Notes: generated from the sequence alone by a model not told the origin. A DNA stretch of 24,341 nucleotides from Candidatus Iainarchaeum sp. (GCA_937968065.1 CALBUD010000022.1:1-24341); one strand, 5' to 3'. Positions 9,939 through 17,862 are shown, counted from the stretch's first letter. Made by a program: numbers and translations.

Positions 9939-11903
9939 ATGACAGAAATAATTTCTTTAAAAAAAGATTCTTTAAAGTTTAAAGCAAGTGAAGAGTTTAT
10001 AAAAAATGCACACATAAAATCAGAAGAAGAATATAATAAACTTTATAAACAATCAATTGAAGATCCTGATACTTTCTGGACAGAAGTTTCAAAAAACATT
10101 ACTTGGTTTAAAAATTTTGAAAAAGTTTTTGTCTGGGATGATTTTGAAAAAAAAAAGTTTACTTGGTTTAAGAACGGAAAATTAAATGCCTGCTATAATG
10201 CTCTTGATAGACATATAAAAGATAAAGGAGACCAAATAGCTTTAATATTTCAAGGAGAATCTGAAGAAGATGTAAAAAAATACACTTATAAACAACTTTT
10301 AAAAGAAGTTTCAAGATTTGCAAATGTTTTAAAGAAAAAAAACATAAAAAAAGGAGATAGAGTTTCAATCTATCTTCCAATGATACCAGAGCTTGTAATC
10401 TCAATTTTAGCTTGTGCAAGAATAGGTGCGATTCACTCTGTTGTTTTTGCAGGTTTTAGTGCAGAAGCTTTAATTGACAGGATAGAGCATAGCACATGTA
10501 AACTTTTAATAACCTGTGATGGAAGTTTTAGAGCTGGAAAAAAAATATCTTTTAAAGAAAACATTGATCAAGTTATTGAAAAAAGTAAATCTTTAGAATC
10601 AATAATTCTTGTTAAAAGAATAAATGATTCTTCTCTTTCTTTAAAAAAAGATTTTGAATTTTTATGGAATGATTTAATAAATTCTTCAGATATAGAAGAT
10701 GAATGTGCTTGTGAAGAAATGGATTCAAAAGATCCTTTATTTATTCTTTTTACATCAGGAACCACCGGAACTCCAAAAGGAATTGTTCATTCAACAGGGG
10801 GTTACTTAACATATGTAAATTATACTTTTAAAACAGTTTTTGATTATAAAGAAAAAGAAGTTTTTTGGTGTACAGCAGATATTGGATGGATAACCGGTCA
10901 CTCTTATCTTATTTACGGTCCTTTAACAAATGGTGCCACGACTATTCTTTTTGAAGGAGTTCCTACCTTTCCTGAAAATGATAGGTTTTGGAAAATTATT
11001 GAAAAGTTTAAAGTTAATATTTTTTATACAGCTCCAACAGTTATAAGATCTTTACAAAAGTTTGGAGAAGAACCTGTAAAAAAACATAATCTTTCTTCTT
11101 TAAGAGTCTTAGGATCTGTAGGTGAGCCTATAAACCCTGAAGCATGGCTTTGGTATTATGAAAACATAGGTCTTAAAAACTGCCCTATAGTTGATACTTG
11201 GTGGCAAACAGAGACTGGTGGGTTTATGCTTTGTCCTCTTCCAGGTGCATTTATCTTAAAACCAGGATCTGCAAACAAACCTTTCTTTGGAGTTATTCCA
11301 AAAATAATAAATGAAGATAAAATTTTTGCAAAAAAAGGAGAAGGTGGACATCTTGTTATTGAAAAACCATGGCCAGGAATGATGACAACAGTTTATGGAG
11401 ATCATGAAAGATATCTAAAAACCTATTGGAAAGAGTTTGAAGGGTTTTATGCTTCAGGTGATGGTGCAAGAATAGATGAGGAAGGAGATTTCTTTTTACT
11501 TGGAAGAATTGATGATGTTATAAATGTTTCAGGGCATCGTCTTGGAACAGCAGAGATTGAAGCAACAATAGCATCTTTTGAAAATATATCTGAAGCTGCA
11601 GTTGTTCCTTATGATCATGAGATTAAAGGACAAGCAATTTATGCTTTTGTGGTTTTAAAAAACGATGAAAAATATTTTGATGAAACTATTAAAAACATAA
11701 GAAATTATGTTTCTAAAAAAATAGGACCAATTGCAAAACCAGATAAGATACAACTGGTCTCTTCTCTTCCAAAAACAAGAAGTGGAAAGATTATGAGAAG
11801 AATTTTAAAAGCAATTGCTGATGGAAAAGAAGATGTTGGAAACACAACCACTCTTTTAGATCCAACTGTTGTTGATGATATTAAAAAAGGAAGAATTAAA
11901 TAA
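9939..11903 (+). CDS. acs: Acetyl-CoA synthetase, AMP-forming
   Basis: Adenylate-forming motifs FTSGTTGTPKG, WWQTETGG, SGDGARIDEEGDFFLLGRIDDVINVSGHRLGTAEIE and KTRSGKIMRR. Length of 654 aa and the N-terminal region are typical of Acs. The gap after hppA is 42 nt. Confidence 0.93.
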   Translation: MTEIISLKKDSLKFKASEEFIKNAHIKSEEEYNKLYKQSIEDPDTFWTEVSKNITWFKNFEKVFVWDDFEKKKFTWFKNGKLNACYNALDRHIKDKGDQIALIFQGESEEDVKKYTYKQLLKEVSRFANVLKKKNIKKGDRVSIYLPMIPELVISILACARIGAIHSVVFAGFSAEALIDRIEHSTCKLLITCDGSFRAGKKISFKENIDQVIEKSKSLESIILVKRINDSSLSLKKDFEFLWNDLINSSDIEDECACEEMDSKDPLFILFTSGTTGTPKGIVHSTGGYLTYVNYTFKTVFDYKEKEVFWCTADIGWITGHSYLIYGPLTNGATTILFEGVPTFPENDRFWKIIEKFKVNIFYTAPTVIRSLQKFGEEPVKKHNLSSLRVLGSVGEPINPEAWLWYYENIGLKNCPIVDTWWQTETGGFMLCPLPGAFILKPGSANKPFFGVIPKIINEDKIFAKKGEGGHLVIEKPWPGMMTTVYGDHERYLKTYWKEFEGFYASGDGARIDEEGDFFLLGRIDDVINVSGHRLGTAEIEATIASFENISEAAVVPYDHEIKGQAIYAFVVLKNDEKYFDETIKNIRNYVSKKIGPIAKPDKIQLVSSLPKTRSGKIMRRILKAIADGKEDVGNTTTLLDPTVVDDIKKGRIK

Positions 11904-11984
11904 TTTACATAATATTTATATTTCCTTTTATCTATATTATTATTATAGTTTATATATTTCATTATAAAAAAGGTGTTATTAAAT

Positions 11985-12299
11985 ATGACAAGCATTAAAT
12001 CTAAAAAAAGTTTTTCCTGGACAGATGATTCTCAAAACTATAATAAAAAAAATTTTATACCTGTTTCAAAAATAATTTCAGATATTAGAAAATTACAAAG
12101 ATTAATAACAATTTCTACAAATGGTTTTCATAGAGAAGATTATAGAGAATTAAAAAAAGATATTCTTTATCTTAAAGAAGAAATTTCAGAAAATATTTTA
12201 GGTAAAGAAGTGCCATCTAATGTTTCAAGAGATTATGAATATTTAATGCATGATGTTGAAGAAAGACTTTTAGAAATTGATAAAGAAATTTTAGGTTAA
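11985..12299 (+). CDS. Hypothetical small protein (about 104 aa, charged, probably helical)
   Basis: Open frame with an AGGTG SD at 11971-11975, 9 nt before ATG 11985; the track's GTG 11973 lies inside that SD. No recognisable motif. Its 3' end overlaps the convergent gene by 9 nt. Confidence 0.45.
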   Translation: MTSIKSKKSFSWTDDSQNYNKKNFIPVSKIISDIRKLQRLITISTNGFHREDYRELKKDILYLKEEISENILGKEVPSNVSRDYEYLMHDVEERLLEIDKEILG

Positions 12300-13250
12300 T
12301 TTTTTATAAATCAAGTTAATTATAAATGTTAAAGCAACAGCAACAATAAGTAACATTAACATTCCAAACAAACTATTTAATAATTTTTCAAAAAACAAGA
12401 ATGCAATTCCAATTCCTGCAATTAAAATTCCACTAAACAATTTTAATATTTTTCCATGTTTTTCTTCCATTTTTGTAATTTTTAAAGTGTGTACTGCAAT
12501 TAAGAAAAGTATTAATTCATCTAAAAGATATATGAAAATATATAATCCAAGTAACATAAAATAATTAGCGGTTGTAAGATTACTTGTTGCAACCATGTTA
12601 GCCCAAAGTAAAGGAAGTCCTGCTGTACATGGAATTTCAACAATTGTAACTCCTGCTGCAAGAATAATTGTTCCAATTAAAATAGTGTAGATACTATTTT
12701 TAGGATTCATTAAGTTTCTTATTCTATCATAGATTTTAGGTTTATATTTATCAGAAATGGTTAAAGAAATTCCTTTCTTGTACCAAAAATAATCTTTAAT
12801 ATTTATAACTCCAAAAATAATAGCAACAGTAACAATTAATCCTTTAATAATAGGATTATAAAAGAAAATAAGTGCATTTAAAACACTAGTTATAAAAAGA
12901 CCATAAATAATTGCTGTAATTGCAAGAAAAGTAATTCCAATTAAAAATATTTTCTTTTTAGACCCTGAATAAATAATAATACTTAATAAAAAGAAAAGCA
13001 CCCATAAAGAACAAGGATTAATACCATCTACAAAAGCAATTATAATTGTATTTAAAATAATTGATTTATTTTCAAGATTTATTTCCTTTCCAAAAATAGT
13101 AACACTTTTAGAACTTTCTTGAATGTCTGTAAAGTTTTCTTCTTCTAAAAATAAATCATCATTAATAACTGTGTTGTTTGTTTGAGCAAAAACTATATTT
13201 GTAAATAATATCAAAGTTATTAAAATTAATGCAATCTTTTTGTAATTCAT
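12291..13250 (-). CDS. Polytopic membrane protein, DsbD/CcdA-superfamily-like thiol:disulfide transfer candidate
   Basis: Signal-like N-terminus, then about 6-8 hydrophobic segments. Two membrane-embedded single-Cys motifs, VDGINPCSLWVL and VEIPCTAGLPLL, resemble the SPCvlP / tPCiGP pair of CcdA/DsbD-type proteins. It sits next to an exported glutaredoxin-fold gene. Family assignment is from memory and needs an HMM. Confidence 0.55.
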   Translation of the reverse strand: MNYKKIALILITLILFTNIVFAQTNNTVINDDLFLEEENFTDIQESSKSVTIFGKEINLENKSIILNTIIIAFVDGINPCSLWVLFFLLSIIIYSGSKKKIFLIGITFLAITAIIYGLFITSVLNALIFFYNPIIKGLIVTVAIIFGVINIKDYFWYKKGISLTISDKYKPKIYDRIRNLMNPKNSIYTILIGTIILAAGVTIVEIPCTAGLPLLWANMVATSNLTTANYFMLLGLYIFIYLLDELILFLIAVHTLKITKMEEKHGKILKLFSGILIAGIGIAFLFFEKLLNSLFGMLMLLIVAVALTFIINLIYKKLT

Positions 13251-13265
13251 TTAATCACATATAAT

Positions 13266-13847
13266 TTAACTAAATAAGTTTTTAAAAAAGGATGCTATTT
13301 TCTTAAAAAAAGAAAACCTTTCTCTTTTTTCAATAATTATAGGATACTCTCTATCTTCTGCTTGATAAATTTGAACATATTTATCGTTTTTTAAAAAATC
13401 TAAATAATTTTCTTTATTTTCTAATTTTTCAAAAGCATCAACACATTCATTTAATTTACACTTTTCAATTTCTCTTTCTATTTGGAAAAATATAGTTCCA
13501 CTAAAACCAATCCATGATTTTTCAGATAAAAATATTATTGGGACACTTGTTGTTCTTTCATTAAATGCTTTTCCAAACTCTAAAAGTAATCTTGATCCAT
13601 CTCTTTTTCTATCAATTTCAAAATAATAAACTGTAACTTCTGGATTATCTACAACATATTCTTCAAAAGCCATTTTTGCATCTGCACAATAAGGGCATGT
13701 TGAAGTTCCAAAGAAATAAATATTTATATTTTGTAATCTATTATCTTCTATAATTTCATTATTTTCAATAAAACCATTATTATCTTCAGCTATAATAATT
13801 CCAGAAAATAAGAACATCATAATAATTATTAAAATTATTTTTTTCAT
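13266..13847 (-). CDS. Exported or membrane-anchored glutaredoxin/thioredoxin-fold protein (CPYC)
   Basis: The N-terminal hydrophobic segment MKKIILIIIMMFLFSGIIIA looks like a signal peptide or anchor. The active-site context is IYFFGTSTCPYCADAK, with the downstream cis-Pro-type element SVPIIF..WIGFSG. A C-terminal extension of about 80 aa carries CKLNEC. Confidence 0.7.
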   Translation of the reverse strand: MKKIILIIIMMFLFSGIIIAEDNNGFIENNEIIEDNRLQNINIYFFGTSTCPYCADAKMAFEEYVVDNPEVTVYYFEIDRKRDGSRLLLEFGKAFNERTTSVPIIFLSEKSWIGFSGTIFFQIEREIEKCKLNECVDAFEKLENKENYLDFLKNDKYVQIYQAEDREYPIIIEKRERFSFFKKIASFFKNLFS

Positions 13848-13862
13848 AAAAAAATCACCATT

Positions 13863-14078
13863 TTATTTTTTATTTTTTATTAAAAAAGAGTTAACATCTT
13901 CAATTAAAGAAATTTCATCGATTCCATACATAGAACAAACAGCACCAATTTCTAAAACATCCATTTCCATCTGTGCCATTGGACAAGTAACACAAGGAAA
14001 CCCATGTTCCATTAATATTTCAGAAATACCTGGAATTTCTAAAATTTCTTTTAGTTTTGTTTCTGAAGTTATTTTCAT
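13863..14078 (-). CDS. DUF1858-like small redox-disulfide protein (hybrid-cluster-protein-associated type)
   Basis: 71 aa. ..ILEIPGISEILMEHGFPCVTCPMAQMEM..EIGAVCSMYGIDEISLIEDVN matches the F.....G..C.gCPma....tLeeaa..hGid...ll..ln pattern I recall for this family. It starts 2 nt after the iscU stop. Confidence 0.7.
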   Translation of the reverse strand: MKITSETKLKEILEIPGISEILMEHGFPCVTCPMAQMEMDVLEIGAVCSMYGIDEISLIEDVNSFLIKNKK

Positions 14079-14080
14079 AT

Positions 14081-14470
14081 TTAATCTTTTTTATTTTTTT
14101 TAGAAAGGTAATCTTCAATAGCTTTATGAAGAGTGTCTGCTGCAAGATTAGAACAATGCATTTTTATTGGTGGAAGTCCACCTAATTTTTCAGCAACATC
14201 TTTATTTGTTATTTTTAAAGCTTCTTTTATTGTTTTTCCTTTTACAATCTCTGTTATCATTGATGAGGTTGCAATTGCAGCTGCACAACCCATTGTTTGA
14301 AATTTAATATCTTTAATTATATCTTTAGTTATTTTTATTTCAACTTTCATAACATCTCCACAAGCAGGATTTCCGAGCTTTCCTACACCATCTGGATTTT
14401 TTAAACTTCCCATATTCTTAGGATTTTTAAAATGTTTTAAAACTTCTTTTGAATATTTTGTATTTTCCAT
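14081..14470 (-). CDS. iscU: Fe-S cluster scaffold protein IscU/NifU-N type
   Basis: The three ligand cysteines sit in canonical contexts: GNPACGDVMKV, QTMGCAAAIATSS and MHCSNLAADTL. Confidence 0.95.
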   Translation of the reverse strand: MENTKYSKEVLKHFKNPKNMGSLKNPDGVGKLGNPACGDVMKVEIKITKDIIKDIKFQTMGCAAAIATSSMITEIVKGKTIKEALKITNKDVAEKLGGLPPIKMHCSNLAADTLHKAIEDYLSKKNKKD

Positions 14471-14484
14471 AAATGTTCTTAATT

Positions 14485-15630
14485 TTATCTTACAGGAGAC
14501 ATTTCTGTAAGTTTTTTAATAACAGGAATTAATTCTTTTATTAAAGTTTCAGCATCTTTTAAGTTAGTTTCTTTTCCAATAGTTATTCGTACCATTCCAT
14601 TTGAATTTTTTGGTAAAACACCAATTGCTCTAACAACATGGTTTGTTTCAAGAGTATGAGAAGAACATGCAGAGCCAGTTGATACTTGTATATTTTTAAG
14701 ATCAAGATGTAAAAGAACTGATTCTCCTTCAATAAAATCAAATAAAAAAGAAACATTGTTACATAATCTTTTTTCTTTAGGCCCTAAAAGATTTGCAGTT
14801 TTAATTTCTTTTAAAACGTTTGTAATTATATAATCTCTGACCCTTGTCATATTTTCAATATCTTTTTTAGAAATTACTTTAATGCTTTCTGAAAAACCAA
14901 TTATTCCAGGAACATTTAAAGTTCCACTTCTTAAGTTATATTCATGTCCTCCTCCATGTAGAAGAGGATTTAATTTTATTTTATTCTTAATAATTAGTCC
15001 TCCAACTCCTTTTGGACCATATATCTTGTGTGCATTTATTGTTAAAAGATCAATATTTTCTTTTGAAAGATCAATTTCTGTTTTACAAAAGCTTTGACAA
15101 GCATCTGTGTGAAAGAAAACTCCTTTTTCTTTACAAATTTTTCCAATTTTTTTAATATCTTGCAAAGTTCCAATTTCATTATTTCCATGCATGATTGAAA
15201 CTAAAACAGTATCTTTTCTAATTTTTTTTAAAAGTTCTTCTAAATTAATAAAACCTTCTTTATCAACATTTAAATAATCTATCTCATAACCTTCTTTTTC
15301 TAAAAATTTAACTGTGTTTAAAACACTATCATGTTCTATCTTTGTTGTGATTATATGTTTTCCTTTTTCTTTATAGCTATAAGCAATTCCTTTAATAGCT
15401 AGGTTATTACTTTCAGTTCCACCAGAAGTAAATATAAGTTTGTGTTCTTTTGCATTTACTTTTTTTAAAATATTTTCTCTTGCTTCTTCAACATCTTCTT
15501 TTACTTTATTTCCAAGAGTATGCATGCTTGATTCATTTGCAAAATGTTCTGTAAAGTAAGGTTTCATTTTTTCATAAACTTTCTTATCAACAGGACATGT
15601 TGCTGCATAATCTAAATATATTGTTTTCAT
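14485..15630 (-). CDS. iscS: Cysteine desulfurase (IscS/NifS class I)
   Basis: PLP-lysine context INAHKIYGPKG, the catalytic-Cys loop STGSACSSHTLE, and N-terminal IYLDYAAT. It lies immediately upstream of iscU. Confidence 0.95.
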   Translation of the reverse strand: MKTIYLDYAATCPVDKKVYEKMKPYFTEHFANESSMHTLGNKVKEDVEEARENILKKVNAKEHKLIFTSGGTESNNLAIKGIAYSYKEKGKHIITTKIEHDSVLNTVKFLEKEGYEIDYLNVDKEGFINLEELLKKIRKDTVLVSIMHGNNEIGTLQDIKKIGKICKEKGVFFHTDACQSFCKTEIDLSKENIDLLTINAHKIYGPKGVGGLIIKNKIKLNPLLHGGGHEYNLRSGTLNVPGIIGFSESIKVISKKDIENMTRVRDYIITNVLKEIKTANLLGPKEKRLCNNVSFLFDFIEGESVLLHLDLKNIQVSTGSACSSHTLETNHVVRAIGVLPKNSNGMVRITIGKETNLKDAETLIKELIPVIKKLTEMSPVR

Positions 15631-15639
15631 ATTTATTTT

Positions 15640-15939
15640 CTATTTTTTAATATTACATTTTCCATTACAAAACTCATTTGTATGTTCTTTTATAAGTTTT
15701 ATAAGTGGTTTTATTGTTTTTTTATTTATTGAATATTTTATATATTTTCCTTGTCTTTTAGAAAATACAATACTACAATTAAGAAGTATTTTTAAATTAT
15801 GACTTACCTTTGATTGTTCTTCTGAGATATCTTTACAAAGATCTGAAACAAATTTATCTGATTCAAATAAACTATTGATTATCTTCCATCTAGTTTCATT
15901 TGCCATAACATTAAAGAAATAATATGATTTACAGTTCAT
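15640..15939 (-). CDS. ArsR/SmtB-family winged-helix transcriptional regulator
   Basis: ANETRWKIINSLFESDKFVSDLCKDISEEQSKVSHNLKILLNCSIVFSKRQGKYIKYSIN is a typical ArsR HTH-wing region. Cysteines lie at the N-terminus (MNCKS) and in a C-terminal CNGKC. The gene ends in TAG. Confidence 0.8.
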   Translation of the reverse strand: MNCKSYYFFNVMANETRWKIINSLFESDKFVSDLCKDISEEQSKVSHNLKILLNCSIVFSKRQGKYIKYSINKKTIKPLIKLIKEHTNEFCNGKCNIKK

Positions 15940-15964
15940 ATATATAATATAAAGAATATAGTTT

Positions 15965-16462
15965 TTAAATATTTGTTTTTATCTTACAGGACTTAGGTTC
16001 TTTTGTAAAATAATAAATTGATAGAATCATAAGAATAATTGATAATAACAAAATCTCTAATCCATTTAAAGGAAGAGATAATAACGAGAAACTAACTCCA
16101 ATTAAACTAAATATTAATGGAAGTAATCCTGCAAAACATCCAGGACAAGCGCCACCTAAAATACCAACAATTATCCCTGCAGGTGCAAGTCCAATCTTTT
16201 TTCTAACTTCTTTTGATTCTTTAATTCTATATCTTAACAAATTAATTATTATTCCAAAAAGAAATGCAATAATAACATTTAAAAGAACAAAAGTTAAAAA
16301 AAAAGTTTTTTCAAATAAGAATACTGTTTTATAAGTAATATGTAATTTATTTATTAATACATTTATAATTAGATATAAAAAGAAAAAACTAAAAAATATT
16401 ATTTTATCTTTTATTTTTTTATTTGTCTCTTTTATTTTTAATAAATTGTTTTTTATTCTCAT
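15965..16462 (-). CDS. Uncharacterised 4-TM membrane protein with an intramembrane CPGC motif
   Basis: 165 aa with about four hydrophobic segments. The third carries GILGGACPGCFAGLLPLIF, and a basic loop RYRIKESKEVRKK precedes it. I recognise no family. Confidence 0.55.
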   Translation of the reverse strand: MRIKNNLLKIKETNKKIKDKIIFFSFFFLYLIINVLINKLHITYKTVFLFEKTFFLTFVLLNVIIAFLFGIIINLLRYRIKESKEVRKKIGLAPAGIIVGILGGACPGCFAGLLPLIFSLIGVSFSLLSLPLNGLEILLLSIILMILSIYYFTKEPKSCKIKTNI

Positions 16463-16485
16463 AATAATTCTTTAGATTATTTTTT

Positions 16486-17679
16486 TTATTTTAAAATAAT
16501 TTGTTTTGCTTTTTCTAAATTTCCATTATACAAGACTTCAAAAAATCTTTGATAATCAAAATCTTTTGAAATGTTTGTTTGTTTTATTTGTTCAAAAAAG
16601 ATATCTTTTGAAATTTCAAAAACATTTCCTTTATTTTGTTCAATATTTTTTAATCTTTCAACACTTTCTTTAAGTTTTTGTTCTTCAAGTTTATTTGCAA
16701 AAGAAATATAAAATAAATCTTTATATTTTTCTTGAATTTCTTTTAAATTAACATCTTTTAAGAAATATCCTTTAAGAAGTTCTCCTTTAATTCTTATTCT
16801 TAAAAAAGGTTTTTTTTCATGTTTTTCTTTAATTTTCTCAATTTCTAAAATTATTTTTTCTTTAACAGCAAAAGGATCTGACTTTTTTAGATCTAAATCA
16901 AGATAATAAACTTTTCTAACATTTTTAATAGCTTCAAATTCTAAACTATTTGTTTTAGTATCAAGTATAAAAAAACCTTTTTCTTTTTCACTTTCAATTT
17001 TTTTGTTCTGTGTTGAAACAGTTGATCCCGGCATTAAAAAAGTTGTTTTTTCATTAATTTTTTCAGAAACACTCCAATGAAGGTGTCCATTTGCAATAAT
17101 ATCAAAACCTTTTGGAAGATTACTTAATGATAACATTTCTTCACTTTCAAATGGTAGATATTCTTTAATTGATTGATGTATTAAAAGAATATTATAACTA
17201 TCTTGAATAGGTTTTGGATTCCATTTTTCTAAAATATCTTTTGAAAATCTATCTGGAACTCCAGAAAGTCCAAAAACACTAACTCTTTCATTTTCTTTTT
17301 CAATAGTTATATAATCAGCATGTACAACTCTTAAAAAATCCATAACTTCTAAAAGTTCAACAGTTGATTTATAATCCTTTCCTAAATACTCATGATTTCC
17401 AATAATTCCTATCATTGGTATTTTTAATATTCTATCCAGTCTTGATTTTATTTTTAATTTGTTTTCTATATTCACTTGATTTAGAAGATGAATGGCTTCA
17501 AAATAAACTTCATGACTTGGTTTTGTTTTATCAAATAAATCTCCACAAGTAATAATAAAATCTATATTTTTTTCTTTAATTTGTAAAAAGGCTTGTGATA
17601 ACTGAACAAACGAATCCATTTCAAGATCTGTTCCAAAATTAAGGCCTAAGTGCCAATCACTAAATATTGCAATTTTCAT
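16486..17679 (-). CDS. mre11: Mre11-type DNA double-strand-break repair nuclease (calcineurin-like metallophosphoesterase)
   Basis: Phosphoesterase motifs occur in order: IFSDWHLG, CGDLFD, IIGNHE, LLIHQSI and ANGHLHW. Length of 397 aa is typical of archaeal Mre11. SbcD-like alternatives are not excluded. Confidence 0.8.
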   Translation of the reverse strand: MKIAIFSDWHLGLNFGTDLEMDSFVQLSQAFLQIKEKNIDFIITCGDLFDKTKPSHEVYFEAIHLLNQVNIENKLKIKSRLDRILKIPMIGIIGNHEYLGKDYKSTVELLEVMDFLRVVHADYITIEKENERVSVFGLSGVPDRFSKDILEKWNPKPIQDSYNILLIHQSIKEYLPFESEEMLSLSNLPKGFDIIANGHLHWSVSEKINEKTTFLMPGSTVSTQNKKIESEKEKGFFILDTKTNSLEFEAIKNVRKVYYLDLDLKKSDPFAVKEKIILEIEKIKEKHEKKPFLRIRIKGELLKGYFLKDVNLKEIQEKYKDLFYISFANKLEEQKLKESVERLKNIEQNKGNVFEISKDIFFEQIKQTNISKDFDYQRFFEVLYNGNLEKAKQIILK

Positions 17680-17764
17680 GTTATTTAACCTAATGTTTAT
17701 AAATCATTCTACTTATAAAATATATATTTATGAAACATTATTTATAGGTTTTGTAAACATTTTT

Positions 17765-17835
17765 GCCTCGGTGGCAGAATGGTCATGCATCCGCCTGCAG
17801 AGCGGAAGAATAGGGTTCGACTCCCTACCGAGGCT
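17765..17835 (+). tRNA. tRNA-Cys (anticodon GCA)
   Basis: I folded a 71-nt cloverleaf by hand. The acceptor stem is GCCTCGG/CCGAGGC. The D stem is GCAG/ATGC with a 13:22 G-A mismatch. The anticodon stem is TCCGC/GCGGA with loop CTGCAGA, giving GCA. The variable loop is AGAA, and the T arm is TAGGG-TTCGACT-CCCTA. The discriminator T corresponds to U73, the known CysRS identity element. CCA is not encoded. Confidence 0.92.
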
Positions 17836-17843
17836 TTTTTTTT
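17836..17843 (+). terminator. Oligo-T tract directly after tRNA-Cys (archaeal-type terminator)
   Basis: An uninterrupted T run follows the discriminator base. Archaeal RNA polymerase terminates at oligo-T, which is established knowledge, but T runs are common in this AT-rich DNA. Confidence 0.45.
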
Positions 17844-17862
17844 AAAAAAAAAGGAGATTTTT

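Noticed and set aside
11705-11995. A 96-aa minus-strand ORF spanning the acs 3' end and the acs/ORF-11985 intergenic region.
   Set aside because: About two thirds of it is antisense to the conserved C-terminus of acs. The rest is a pure A/T spacer that more plausibly holds the promoter and SD of the downstream plus-strand gene.
12291-12299. A 9-nt overlap of the convergent stop regions (TTA GGT TAA) of ORF 11985-12299 and the DsbD-like gene.
   Set aside because: It is real in the sequence, but it is a common by-product of genome compaction. It leaves no space for a terminator yet provides no evidence of regulation, and the small plus-strand ORF is itself only moderately supported.
17765-17835. 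A functional link between tRNA-Cys and the neighbouring cysteine-desulfurase and Cys-motif gene string.
   Set aside because: The tRNA is divergently oriented with its own terminator. A single tRNA adjacency is easily coincidental in a compact genome, and there is no sequence evidence for coupling.
17779-17862. The N-terminal 28 codons of track ORF 17779-18126 (MVMHPPAERKNRVRLPTEAFFLKKKEIF).
   Set aside because: This stretch is the tRNA-Cys gene and its oligo-T tail read as protein. A strong AAGGAGAT SD precedes the internal ATG at 17863, so the CDS was shortened.
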